From the human T2T-CHM13v2.0 reference genome, Homo sapiens, in the NCBI RefSeq assembly GCF_009914755.1, contig NC_060926.1: DNA of 64,000 bases; one strand, 5' to 3'. The notes under the pieces were generated by a model that made no database searches, was not told the origin of the DNA, and saw only the letters and a program-made list of their open reading frames with translations. Below are positions 14,755 through 28,999 of the stretch, piece after piece. The position numbers were made by a program, and so were the translations under genes. Position 1 is the stretch's first letter, and each line of letters begins with the position of its first letter.

Positions 14755-15278
14755 AAATCAGAACAGACACCTACTCCCAAGCTTGGTCTCTCTCCTGCAT
14801 TTTCTGCCTTGAAGAATGCAATGCATGTCTATTGAGTTGCACGTTGCATAAATCTTAGTGCCATTCTTGTTACTTCCCTTTCCTTCCAAATATAGTCTAT
14901 TGTAAAGTTTCCTAGATCTTACCTCCTATATATCTGTTTAATGGACCACTTCCTGTCTTAGTTATTTAAAAGCACTATGTTTTCATGCCCCAGGGCCTTT
15001 ATATATGCTGCCTCTTTCACACATTTCTACACTTCCCAGCTCAAGGAATACCTTCTCAGGGAAACTTTATCTGAAACTCCTGTCATACTTTTTAATGGGT
15101 TCTTTCCTTGTTACTTTTCACAGGATAATTAAGTATTTGTGAGGTGACTGTCTTTCATGCCATACTATAAATTAATAAAGGCAGAGACCAGACCATGTCT
15201 CTTTTGCTAATCATTGATTTTCAATGCTTAGTACTCATTAAATATTTGTTGAATTATTGAATTAAGAGGTGAATGAAT
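14755..15278 (+). mobile_element. L2 3' fragment
   Basis: Ends taaatatttgttgaat...gaatgaatg, the L2 tail. Confidence 0.6.
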
Positions 15279-17180
15279 GGTCTCTTCCAATTCTTCTTGC
15301 AAACCTACCACTGTATCAATTCACAGCTGGATATTTAGTACCTGGAAACACCAACCCTCCTTCCACACTAACAAATACTGTTCCCCTTCTGCCCTGTTCT
15401 TCCTCATCCTCTCCTTCCTCCTAAAAATTAATTTCATCTCTATTATACTAACTTAAATTATTACTTTAATTTGCAACGTTAAATGTGCCACATTTTATCT
15501 ATTGTGAAGAGTATATTTGTGTATGTGTTTTGGCAGTGCCAAATCTAAGTTTTCAGGTGCATTCGAAAACTGATATTCCTTCTGAATTGCAGATGGACGC
15601 TTGTTTGTTTTCATGCATCTATAGCCTGGATAGTTGTTTTATTTTTTTCTTTTGTTGTGGGTTTTTTAGGTTGACTGCCATATAATAAACTGTATGCACT
15701 TAAAATTTACAATATGATAAATTTTGACAAATGTATACATCCATGAAACCATCTTTGCACTGAAGATAGCAAAGGTATTCATAGTAGAGAGTGGTTTGAT
15801 TGGCCCCGGGCCTCCTTTTAAAACATTTGTCTTCTATGATAATAAATTTTTCCCTTTAGTTTCTCCAAAACCTCTTAAGAATTCTTTTGTCATTACAAGT
15901 TAGTTTTCACACATTCTGTAGAAACTAACGTTTTCATTTTCTTGAAGCTTACATGAAATTGTGTTCTCGTGGATATAATACAATAAACAACACAGTTCTT
16001 GGCCAGACTATCCTAGGAGTATTGGAGTAACAAATTTCTACAGATGCTAATTTAACACAGCTAACAATGGTTGAACTTCTAGGGGATATTTCAAGTTTTC
16101 TTTTTATATTATCGATTTCTTCTTACAAAACAATTCTATATCAGAAATGTTGTCTACGTGTAACCTGTATAAAACTCAAATGCCACGTGCTCCTTCTCTT
16201 GAACAGTGTCAAATTCAAAGAAGCATTACTATAGTATGCAAAATAACCCAAAAAATGGGTAAAAGCATTTAAAATTTGCTTTGTTATTTTTCATTCTGCA
16301 ATCTTTTCCATACACTGCACATGCCTCTCAGGTGTGAGTGGTGCACCTCCTCACTGACAGCAAGGTCCTCAGTCTCTTGTTTGAATTTGATGCCCAGAAG
16401 CTCTTATCTCCATTCTTTCCATTCTCTAGCACAGCTCGTCATTATGTAATCCCCTTAGCTTATCTGGCTTTAGCTGATTTTCCTGTTTGCCCATTACCCA
16501 AATTTTATTTACCAATGAGAGCCTGCATTGATTTTCAGAGAGAGAGGTAGAGAGAAAAGAGCTTGTGGGGAAGGAATATGGAATGGGGCAAGATATTTAG
16601 TTAATGGAAACTTTAAAACACAGTATCTTTCCTTCTATCATAGAAATCTGTTTTCCAATATGCAAGATGATATTCAGAAATTATGGACACACTGACATTT
16701 AGAAAACAATAACCTCTTTTAAACTACCTCCAGCATCCATACATGACTTATTTATTAAATGATATGTTGTGGGAATGAAATCTGTTAGTTTTACTATTGC
16801 ATTGTTTTTGTTTTTATTAAAAAGTATTGTCACTTTTTGTTTTCAGCATAAGTAAATGCCAGTTTTCATATTGTACATGTCCATTTTCAGATTTTTAATA
16901 TAGAACTGTTTTGTTTTTCTTTTGAAGTTTCACAACATTCATTATAATTACCCCATCTGTCAAGATTATAGAATTATCTATTTAACTATGTTATTGTATT
17001 TCATATGGCTAAACAGTGTTATTTGAATTTCTTTATCATTAAATATATATATATATATCTTTTAAACCTGGCTGCATGCCAGATCTCTAAAAGTTTTCAG
17101 TATGAGTGGTGACTATATTTTTACTCTAGAATATTCCAGTAGAAGATTTCCCTATATCTGTAAAAAAATACTGGAGTAGG

Positions 17181-17627
17181 TGTTGTGCTGAACCCCTATG
17201 GACTCTGATGGGGATGACGCCAGGATCACGGGGCCAAAGAAGAGACCCAGAGCCAGCAAATGAGACATGGAGTTTTACTGGGGGGCTTACCTACGGGGGA
17301 GAAGTCTAGTGGCAGCAGGCTGGCAGAAGAACCATAACCATTTGTGAAAGGCATGCAGTTCATATAGTACTTTCACGTATCACCATTTACCTAACAACTT
17401 TCACCTGGCAACCTTCATTCAACCCAAAACGGTGCCTCCATCCCCTCTACACCCCATGTTCCATGGGCTGGGCTGGGGGCTCAGATGTTACTCATAGACA
17501 AGGAATGAATCTCTAGGTGGGCCACTCCCAGATTCCCTAGCTCAGCAGACACATTCAGATGCATCTGCCGTATGGGGTCATTCTCGGAGTATGCGTAAGT
17601 TTTTGCTCTCAGGTGTGTTTATATACA
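17181..17627 (-). mobile_element. Solo LTR47A (ERVL)
   Basis: TG...CA termini with a 5-bp TSD GTAGG (17176-80 / 17628-32); the reverse strand begins tgtatataaacacacctga...gagaatgacccc, as recalled for LTR47A. Confidence 0.88.
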
Positions 17628-17934
17628 GTAGGCTTATGATAGCATTTATATTTAAAAGAAGTAACAAAAATAAATTGCCTAAAAGAGATATTGTATTCAA
17701 AACTTAGAACTCTGATGTTTTAGACTTTGGGAAAGATAGGATATCTAGTTTGGTGTGTGTGTTTCTCCCTTCCTATCTGTTCACTTATGACTAAAGTCAT
17801 GTGATATATGCATATTATCTTCCTAATGTAAGTTTAAACCGTATCAGAATAGGAACAATGAGATTTATGTATTTCTTTCTTCTCCTGAGGCACTCGGCAT
17901 GGTCCTCTAAGCACATGGTAGGTGATATTCAGGA

Positions 17935-18150
17935 AGGAGTCTTGTGAAATCAGGAAAGCATTGGCAGTTTGGCTAAGATATCCAACTTCTAATCTAACTT
18001 TTACAAATAACTAGCTGAAAAGCTAAGTCACTTAACCACTTTTAGCTTCAGTTTCTCCATTTTACAAATACAATTATTGTGTCTACCTAAATGAATTGTT
18101 TTACTAAATGAAGTCACAGGGGATTAAAAAAACGCTAAATGTTCTATAGA
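17935..18150 (+). mobile_element. MIR
   Basis: aagtcacttaaccacttttagcttcagtttctccattttacaaat core. Confidence 0.65.
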
Positions 18151-18582
18151 TGTCAGAGTAGATTTATTAATTATAATTTATTAAATCAATGTGTACTACC
18201 TATAGCAATGTGTACTACCTTTTGATTAGTGAGCAAGTCCCGGCCTTTCCAAGCAGGATGCTAGAGAGCTGAATCAGCATCTAATAGTCTTCATGAAGAA
18301 GATTGAGTAGCTCGGTATGGCTTACAGTTGGTGGTAGTTGCACGTGGTGTCCGCAAACTATGAGTGGATAGATGTGCAGCTGGTGAACCATTCACAGAAA
18401 AGCTTCTTGAAAACAAGGAATGCAAAGGAGTTATTCCAATCATTTCTTCATATTGAAGCTCTGGACCAAGGAAAGCTTAAATCGGGGAATTCCAGAACGT
18501 TTTCAGTGTTTACCACGAAGATTTTTCTAGACTGAAAACTTTTTTTTGACTATGCACTAATTGAGGGGTTCTCAAACTTTAG

Positions 18583-18736
18583 TGAATACTAGAATCACCT
18601 GGGAAGATCTTGAAATCTTTATGTCCAGGCCTCACCCCTCTTCAATTAAATCAGAATCTCTGCAGTTGGACCCAGGCTTCAAGATGTTTATAGCTCCTCA
18701 GGTGATTTCATTTTACAGCCAATTTGAGAAGAAGTG
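18583..18736 (+). mobile_element. MER5A
   Basis: ggttctcaaactttagtg..agaatcacctggg...aaatcagaatctctg...tttgagaa. Confidence 0.75.
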
Positions 18737-18884
18737 GACTAATCCCTTTCTTGCTTATCAGCCCTGCTTAGATTACTTATCAATCCATGGTAGTTATTTA
18801 GTGTTTCACATTTGGCAGCTGATAACAGGCAGTCATTATACAAGGTTTATGAGCTTATTGTTTACTTAGAAGTAGGTAGGTAAG

Positions 18885-19228
<344 letters not shown>

Positions 19229-19615
19229 CTATATTAAAATATTATGGATAGATATATCCTATGCTAAATGATGTGTTACCCAGCCTGACATTCTGCAGGT
19301 ACACAGGAATATGTGTTAAGTATATACTGGGCAGTCAAATGTATAGGGCAGTTAAATATTTCAGGAGTTGTGGAAAAAAAGATACATAGCTGAAATTAAC
19401 AAGAAGGAGGTAATATTTAATGTGATCATTGATTAAAAATTTTCGAAGACCAGTGGGACAAGAATTGCAGGTTTAAGATTGGTGGGATAAGAATTTCAGG
19501 CTGTATCTAATTTTCAAAGGCATAAAAAAGAATGGCACTAATAATTGGAGGTTGGATAAAGAAGCCCTGATTTGATGAAATGTTTCATATTCAGGTACAG
19601 TTAGAAATATAAGAT

Positions 19616-19931
<316 letters not shown>

Positions 19932-22125
19932 GAAATATGATAAGATGATAGAACAGATCCAGATAGGGAAAAGTATAGACAACATGATGAAAGGAAGGGA
20001 GAGAGGGAAGGAGGACAGAAGCTATCTACCTGGCTGGCTTCTACTCACTTAAATGATATTTTAGAAAGATTAATATGGCAACTTCATGAAAACCTGACTA
20101 AATTAGAGAAAAACTGGACCCAGACAGATTGGTTAGGTGTGATCATAATATCAAGGGAAATGAAACAAAATATAGTACTACTTTGAGGGTCCAGGATTGA
20201 GGAGGTGGTAATGGGAACAGAAAGAAGCTAAAAGTTGCAGGCATTACAAAAAAAGAATAAAATCTTTTTCAACTTACTGAAGGGGAGATAAGAGCCAAAA
20301 TTTGTTCTACATTTTTGGCCCTAGGCTAATTAATTGGGAAGTCTTTAGGAGTGACAGGGGCAGGGGAGAGTGTACGGGTTTGATTTTAAACATAGATGAA
20401 TGGGGAGGACCACCTGGCAGAAGGACAATGCCATGGTGAAATAGAGAAATTTGGAAGTACTTGCCAATAGAGAGAGGAGAACAGAGGGATGAAGGTATAG
20501 TTTTGGAAGAAAGAACAAACTAGTATTAGAAAATGAAGTAGAACTAAATTAGGGAAAGCAATCCCCTGAAAAATATCCAGCGAACAAAGAATCCTAAAAT
20601 CCAAGGGAATAGGATGTTTCTTAAAGGAGATAGTGATCACTCTAGACTCTAGAATGTTGTTGTAGTCATATCAGAGTGTTCAGAGATTGTGGAGAATGAA
20701 TAATGAGAAAATGCTTTGGATTTAGCTAGACAGGTGTCATTAATTATATTCAAAAGTGCATTTTCAGGAAGCCACAAGGGCAATAGCTAAATGAAAAGAA
20801 AGAATCCATCCTGAAGGAACAGAAAAGATGTTGAAATAATTGATGTAGGTAGGAATGCTAACTAGACTCTCTTTTGGTTATCATTGCAATACATATTGAA
20901 GGTATTTCTTTTTGCCTCTCATAGTCTGGTACTCAACTAAGGGCCCCTTTGTTATTATTTTGTGTATCTCTGGAGCCTGACACAATGTCTGCACATAGTG
21001 AGCACTTCAGGCATGCATTAGAAGATCGTCACAGAATGGAAGGAGAGAAATGGAGAGGAGCAATGGGGAGACATTAAAGGCAAGCACAAAATTACAACTG
21101 TTTGCCTGCTTGCTTATTGTTTCCAGCCCAAAAAAGAAGTATCAGGGTATATATGAAGAGAAGGAGCCATAATTATAATACAAAGAAAGACAGTTCAGGG
21201 TTGCATGAAGTGATGCAGAGAGGAAATTTCTTTATCTAGAAAGCAGGTAGGGAGGAGAGATAATCCCAAAAATGTTTTGTGGAAAAAGTAAGAGCAAAAG
21301 CAGATTAGATGAAATGATCTCGATTATTTTGAACAAAGACAGAGGTGTTTTTAATGGACCATGGATAGCTGATACTTGACCACTATTGGAGATGTTTTTC
21401 TATTTTTTGTCTGTTACTGCCATCTGTGTGGATCTCCCGTACATTTTTAAGGGATTTAATTTACTGAATACAGCTGACGATTACTCCTTTCATGGATGCT
21501 GCTGAAAAGGCCAATTTTTATGAGGCATAATTTGCCTAAGAATTTTTTATTTAATTCATTTATATGGTATGTAACTGCATCTGTTAAAAATGGGGTGTTC
21601 ACATACGGTAGTCAGTAATCTTATTCAATTTGAAATAGATTTGAAAGCTGTGCTTTGAATGATAGGCATCCTTTCTCAAATTTTCTCAATAGGCAAATCC
21701 ATTTAATGGTGTAACACAGCATTGGTTGTATGCCATAGGACTTATAGAGAATCCTTAAAACACCTCCTCTGTCACCCCGTTATTATATCTCCACATTCTC
21801 TTAAGCCATGGAGCAGTTGCTTATGTTTCCTGCCTTCGTTCGACAACAGCATTTTCACATTGCCCACTGTCTGTCTGAGCAATGACAAATCCAAACAGCT
21901 AAGATATGACCATGCCACCAAGGTGTATTTGGCCAGCGTGTAGATGAGATGTACATGGTCCTAACTCAAAACTAAGGGGAATCTTATGGAGCAGAGTGAC
22001 AAGGAGGTGCAGATGAAAGAAGAAGCTTCTTCATGGGACCATTTCCTAAATGAAAGTGATGGCCAAGCCATTCACTGCTCATGCAGTATTTTCTTTGTTA
22101 TGACATAACCTCAAATGTGAAGTGA

Positions 22126-22470
<345 letters not shown>

Positions 22471-23347
22471 TCACTATTTCATTTTTATTCAATCGACATT
22501 TATTAAGTAAATGATGACCAATGGGCTAAGACAGAGAGCAAGACTGAGAAAACATGACAGAGCATGACAGAAAGTTCTCCTTCACATATCTGAGAGGTCA
22601 TAAGCCCTTGCCTCCTAATGACCTGGTGCCTCCCTGCTTCTCACCCTCTTTGGTGGTGAGGTGTTAGTGGAATGAGAGGACCCAACAGAAACTTCAGTTG
22701 ATGCCAGCTGTGTGAACTCCTAGGCTGAGAGCTGGTCAGAGACTACTTCCCTGACCAGGAAGCTCCCTCTGTCACACAGCTCTGTCCCTCCTCCTTCATT
22801 TGCCCTATAAATACATAAAGCAGCACAGTGTGGGGATGGTGGGCATGTTCTTCTCGCTCCTGCAGCACTTTCCGCAGGGGTCAGCCTCTCTAAAAACAAG
22901 AGTTGCGGGAGGTGGGCAGGATTCTGTTACTCCTCTGTGTGTCCTTTTCTCAAGTATCCCTGGCTTTATGCCTCTACTCCTTATACCCTGAATACTTGAG
23001 TCTCCTAGGATATTGGGCTTCCTTTCTGTGCTGTGCGCTGACTCTTCACTGCTGCCTGACTGCCTCTGTATGGATGGTACCTTAGTTACCATGTTCTAGT
23101 ATGGGTTCTTGCTGGTCTTAGGGTAAGATTTCACTCCTGTATGGGGAGCGGAGGGGATGTTTCCACTGAAGGAGGATACCTTTGGGGAAAGAAGAGTATT
23201 CTAGGACAGAAAATGGGGATACAAGAGGCAAATCCTAGGTAAGAGAAGGGAAGATAACTCATGTATCTTCCCTCTACGGATCTCACTTCATTGAGCCTGG
23301 ACTCTGCTGAGTGTAGATCCATTACTTTTTAAAATGATACTATTCAC

Positions 23348-23628
23348 AGCCGGGTACAGTGGCTCATACCTGTAATCCCAGTGCTTTGGGATGCTAAGGT
23401 GGGAGGATTGCTTGAGGTTAGTAGTTCAAACCAGCCTGGGCAAGATAGCAAGACCCCCATCTCTACAAAAAATAAAATAAAATAATGAGCTGGGCATGGT
23501 GGTGCACACCTGTGGTCTCAGCTACTCTAGAGACTGAGGCAGGAGGATAGCTTGAGCCTAGGAGTTTGAGGCTACATTGAGCTATGATAGAGCCACTGCA
23601 TTTCAGCCTAAGTGACAAAGCAAGAGCA
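23348..23628 (+). mobile_element. AluJ lacking its A-tail
   Basis: ggaggattgcttgagg, gagcctaggagtttgaggctaca and gagctatgat are AluJ diagnostics. Confidence 0.92.
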
Positions 23629-23837
23629 AATGATACAGTTTGAGTAATGTAATAAAGTGCATGTGTGCTAGATCCAGCAAGGGCAGACCTTGAAGTTGGA
23701 ATGGAGGATGTCGTTCTTGAGTCTATGAGTGCAGCTGAGCTAGAGATCTGATGGTGCTCCACTATGGCCATACACTGCCACTCACTGTCCTTCCAGTGGC
23801 TTCTCCTCCCCTTCCTTATAGAAACTTCATTTTACAA

Positions 23838-24032
23838 GTGTTTCTCAGAGTGAAGTTCACAGACCATCTGGTTCAGAATTCCCTGCGTGGGTATGGGAGG
23901 AGTCCATGAAAATTCATCTTGATAAGTCTAGCCATAACTCCAGATTCAGTATGTCTGGGGTGACCCTGTAAATTTTATTACTAGATAGCACCCCAAGTAA
24001 ATCTTATGCTTCTAAAGTTTGAGAATCACTAA
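23838..24032 (+). mobile_element. MER5-type DNA transposon
   Basis: agtgtttctcagagtg...tcagtatgtctggggtg...aaagtttgagaatcact. Confidence 0.7.
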
Positions 24033-24829
24033 TAGCCTAAGTTTAATACATCGTTATCAACATCATTTTAATTAGTTAGGTCTCTTTGCCATGGAAAAGT
24101 ATGCTATCTAGGAATGAAATCAATTCTCAGAAGGTTTAACATCAGAAGTTTAAAAAATACCAAAAAACCTAGAGATGCATACAATGACAAAAAGACAAAA
24201 AGAAGTTCCATGTGAAAATATGATGAAAAATGCATACACGTGAAAATGTCATATACCCTTAGGATTCATCTTAATGCAAATTTTAACATTTGCAATAGGT
24301 TCATCTGTTGCATATTTTGTTAAATAAAATATATTTGTATGCCAAAGTTTGCATTAGCTGAGGGCCCAGGAGTACTTCAGGTCAGCACAGAGCCCTTTGT
24401 GTGGCTTTTATTGCAAGACATTGGAAGATAATGGCATATTATTCTTTCACCTGACCTCTCTTTCTGGAACCCTTGGCTTTTGAAAATGCTATATTCTTTC
24501 AGCAAAAATAACAGCAACAATAGCAATGGTTTATTGTTTGCCACTCCATTTGTAAGAAACTTTGTATATAGTCTCTCAAAGTCATCCTGTTTGTCATTTG
24601 AAGTATTATCCATACTTGTATAATATGACACTGATACTGATATCCATGTGCATTGATTACTTCTACAAATATTTTTTGAGTTCTATGCACAGGCACTATT
24701 TTGGGTGCTGAGAATATGAAATAAAGAAAACATACATTATCTGCTAATAAGAATATTACATTTTGAGATGAGACAAATAAGTAAAATATTAAACAGGGTG
24801 ATGATTATAGGCTATGGAAGTGCAATTTA

Positions 24830-25400
24830 AAAATGAAACAACCAAAAGCATGATTCATGAAAAAAATTGATAATTTGAATTTCATATTAAAACTAGAAAC
24901 TTTGGCACTGAGAAACATAATACTAAGAGAATATAAACAAGCCATAAACTGCAAGAAAAAACTGGTAAATTACATATTTGATGAAAGACTTATATCCATA
25001 ATATACAAAGAACTCTTAAAATTGCACAAGATAACCAGTAACTCAACATAAAAATGGGTGAAAGCCCTGAACAGATACCTCACCAAGGAAGACATGCAGA
25101 TGGCAAATAAGCATAAGAAGCAATGTTCACCATCATTTGTGATTGGGGAAATGCAAATTAAACAACAATGAGATTTTAATATCCTTACTAGAATCACTAA
25201 AATCTCCAAAACTGACAATACAAACTGTTGGTGATATGTGGAGCAACAGGAGATCTCATTCATTCAGATGCAATATGATATAGCCACTTTGAAGGACAGT
25301 TTGGCAGTTTCTAAAATAAAACTAAACAGATTTAATTGCCTTATAACTCAGTAATCACAACCCTACATATTTACTCTGCTGATTTGAAAACATCTATTTA
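24830..25400 (+). mobile_element. L1M ORF2 3' fragment
   Basis: aaaatgggtgaaagccctgaacagatacctcaccaaggaagacatgcagatggcaaataagca...ggaaatgcaaattaaacaacaatgaga. Confidence 0.88.
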
Positions 25401-26009
25401 TATGGCATCACCTAATCTTGTTCCATTTTCTAAAATAAACTTAGAATAATTTTAGACTTATGGAAAATTCGCAAAGATAGTACAGAAAATTACATATACT
25501 CTACACTTATTTGTCACAATTAATAAACCAATATTTATAGATTATTAACTGAGCAGAGCATAATAATAAAAAAACCATAATCACAAACCTTTCTGTTGAT
25601 ATGCTTAGCAAAAATGGCAAGAACAAACACAGTGTGAGTGCCGAACTATTCTTATTTTTAAGCTGACTTGCAAAGAATGGTAAATTATACATCTGTATGA
25701 ATAAGAATCAGAAATCTAGTTTAGAAGATTGCCAATTCAGGACTGTTTCTTTTAATACCCTTTTTTGAAGTCTAAACTTACCAGTCTAAGTAAAACCATT
25801 CTTGTGTTTCACAGAAAACATTTAAAGAGGCATGCAAGGATATACAAAATACAGAAAGAGAATAAGAAATCCATGGAAAAGAGAAAAGACAAATATGGTC
25901 GAAGACTCAAGAAGAGTCAGGGAAGTGACTAATGCACATATACATTAGGGCCTATGCATCCTGTGCAAACCTGTCCACCCGAGAACACAGCCACAGGTGG
26001 CTCAATGGG

Positions 26010-26230
26010 TGGGGCTTGCTTTGCAGTAGAGTCCAGGTTCAAATTCCAACTGTAGTTTTTATGGTGCCTGCGCTGTGCGACCTGGGAAAATTATTTACTC
26101 ACTCTGTGCCAGTGTGTTCATGAGTTCATTGGGGCTCATCTTACATTCATTCCAGCATTGCTATGCAGAGCAGATGATAGGATGCATGTAAAGTACTTAG
26201 CAACAGACCTAGCACACCTCAGACTTGAAA
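26010..26230 (+). mobile_element. MIR
   Basis: ggttcaaattcc...ctgtgcgacctgggaaaattatttactcactctgtgcc...atgtaaagtacttagcaacag. Confidence 0.7.
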
Positions 26231-26744
26231 AACCTGGTGGACGTTGTCTTTATTGCTAACGTCATTGTTATTCTTGCTACAACTGGACAACAGATTGGGC
26301 TCTTAAGCTTTCTGACACATCAGTTGTAAAGTTAATGACAAAATTGTATTTTTAATCATAAAATGATCTTTCCGATAGATCATGAAACTATCTCCATTTC
26401 ATGTAATTCACTTTGTTTTAAGGAAAATTCCTTAAACAAAATGTTTGATTTGTGCATAAAATACTCTACGTTAACACATAAAGATAAAGAAACCTGGTTA
26501 TCAAGCATTTTCTCTCTAAAAGCTAGGTCTGTAATTCAATCAAAAATGCATTCGATATAAACATCTTGAATAAAAACCAGATAAGATTGTTGAAGACGAA
26601 GCTGATTCACTGATGTGTTCTAATTCTGATGTCAGTGACTTGATGCAAACCAGGCAGTCTTCATTAACTCTGGACCTCTCAGAAACCAAGGCTGGGCAAG
26701 CGTGCTTCTAGATGTGACTCTTCTTTTTTTAAAACAAAAATAAT

Positions 26745-27180
26745 AATAATTTCAAGATTTATTTCAGATTTGGGGAGTGCCTGCACAGGTTTGTTACCTG
26801 GTTATATTGTGTGGTGCTGAGATTTGGGATACAATTAACCCCGTCACCCAGGTAACTGAGCCTAGTACCCAAGTTAGTTTTTCAGCTCTTGCCCCCTCCT
26901 TCCTTTCCTCTTCTAGTAATCTCCAGTGTCTATTGTCACCATCTTTATGTCCATCAGTATGCAATGTTTAGCTCCCACTTACAAGTGAGAACATGTGAAA
27001 TTTGGTTTCCTGTTCCTGCATTAATTCACTTAGGATAATGGTCTCCAGCTGCATTCATGTTGCTGCAAAGGACATAATTTCATTCTTTTTTATGGCTTTG
27101 TAGTATTTGCTATTGTTTAGGTACCACATTTTCTATATCCAATCCACTGTTGATCAGTACCCAGGTTGATTCCATGAGTC
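26745..27180 (-). mobile_element. L1PB/late L1PA 3' end
   Basis: caggtttgttacctggttatattgtgtggtgctgaga...ttagctcccacttacaagtgagaacatg. Confidence 0.88.
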
Positions 27181-27431
27181 TGCTTTTGAAAAGAAAACAA
27201 ACAGGTCAAGGTTAAACCATGCTGAATCTTGTTAGGTGCATGTTAATAAAAGGTCTCAGATGACCAGCTCTTTGAAGTGATATATAGGCAATCTGGAAAA
27301 ATCAGATCTTACAATAAATTATGGAGATGTCAACCCAGCATTGTGGAGCTAAGCAGACACATTAATCATTAGAAAGTGGTAAACAGAAAGAAATGCAGAG
27401 GCTGAATTACCTCATCTTAAACTAAAAATCA

Positions 27432-27743
<312 letters not shown>

Positions 27744-27744
27744 T

Positions 27745-28290
27745 CACTTTTTCTCCCATACTTTTTCTCTGGTTCTCAGGCTCACCAAGCTTGCTCTGCT
27801 TTGAGTCATTGGGTTCAACTCTTCGTTAAACCTGGATGTTTCTTTCCCTAAATCTTTACTTAACCTCTCAGTTGCATCACATAAAGTTGAGCTCCCGCCC
27901 TGCATCCCTGGTTCATCCCCTTTCTTGTTTCTCTTGGCTTCTACAATACCTCCTTTCCCTCCCACTTTTTTCTGGTTCCATATCTTCTTGGAATTCTATT
28001 TATTAGAATGTCCCAGGGCTCTGAACTGAGCTTTGTTTTCTTCTTTGTCAATCATTTTACTGTATATACCAACCATTCCATAATTTCTACTTCTGGGCCC
28101 AAGCCATAGATATTGCTATTTAATATAGCCCAAATACAGCCTCTCTCATTTTTTTTTCCAATTCAGAAATGGGACTAAAAATCCAGTTGCTTAAATCAAT
28201 AGTGCTAGAGTTAAACTTTATTCTTTTTTGCCCCCTCATTCCTCACATCCAAAGCCCTCAGCCATGCTCCAAAGCAGGTCTTAAAGCTAT
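27745..28290 (+). mobile_element. L2 fragment
   Basis: Pyrimidine-rich ...ctcagttgcatcac...tgtcccagggctctg...; diverged. Confidence 0.5.
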
Positions 28291-28299
28291 TCATTTTAA

Positions 28300-28520
28300 G
28301 GCGGTATAGCATATTCGTTAAGAGTACAGTTTACGGAACTAGACAGCCTACATTTGAAACCTGACTCAATAATTTATTAACTGTGTGGTGTTGGACAAGT
28401 ATTTAATGTCTCATAGGCCTCAGTTCCATCACCTGTAAAATGGGAATAATAATGATTGTCATATAGGCAAGGCATGTAAATCAGTGACTGATAGATAGAA
28501 AGCATTATGTAAATGCTAAT
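28300..28520 (+). mobile_element. MIR
   Basis: ctgtgtggtgttggacaagtatttaa..cctcagttccatcacctgtaaaatgggaataat. Confidence 0.8.
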
Positions 28521-28583
28521 TAAGACATTTGCTCAGAAAGGCCTTTTCTAACCCCTTGATAAATAATTATATATGTATATTAC

Positions 28584-28591
<8 letters not shown>

Positions 28592-28614
<23 letters not shown>

Positions 28615-28616
28615 GT
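28592..28616. repeat. (TG)12 microsatellite
   Basis: Read directly. Confidence 0.95.
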
Positions 28617-28630
28617 ATATAATCTTTAGT

Positions 28631-28999
28631 TATTTTAGTCTGAGTTTTCCAGAGAAAGAGAACCAATAGGTTATATATGTGTGTATTTTAAGGAATTGGT
28701 TCATGCAGTTGTGGGACTAGCAAGTCCACCATCTATAGGACAGTCTGACAGGCTGGAAACTCAAGTAGGAGTTATGCTGAAGTCTTGAATTTCTTCTTTT
28801 CCAGCAGACCTCGGTTTTTGCTTGTAAGGCCTTCTACCTGGTTCAATGAGGCCCACTCACATTATCAAGGCAAATCTTCTTTACTTAAATGTTAACTATA
28901 TCTACAAAATGTCTAGAAAGCAACAACTTAGCTTAGTGTTTGATTATATTACTGGTTACTAATGCCTGACCAACTTCACAGAATAAACTAACCATCACA
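28631..28999 (-). mobile_element. MLT2 (ERVL) LTR
   Basis: ttccagagaaagagaaccaatagg...aaggaattggttcatgca...gaggcccactcacattat...aactaaccatcaca. Confidence 0.85.
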
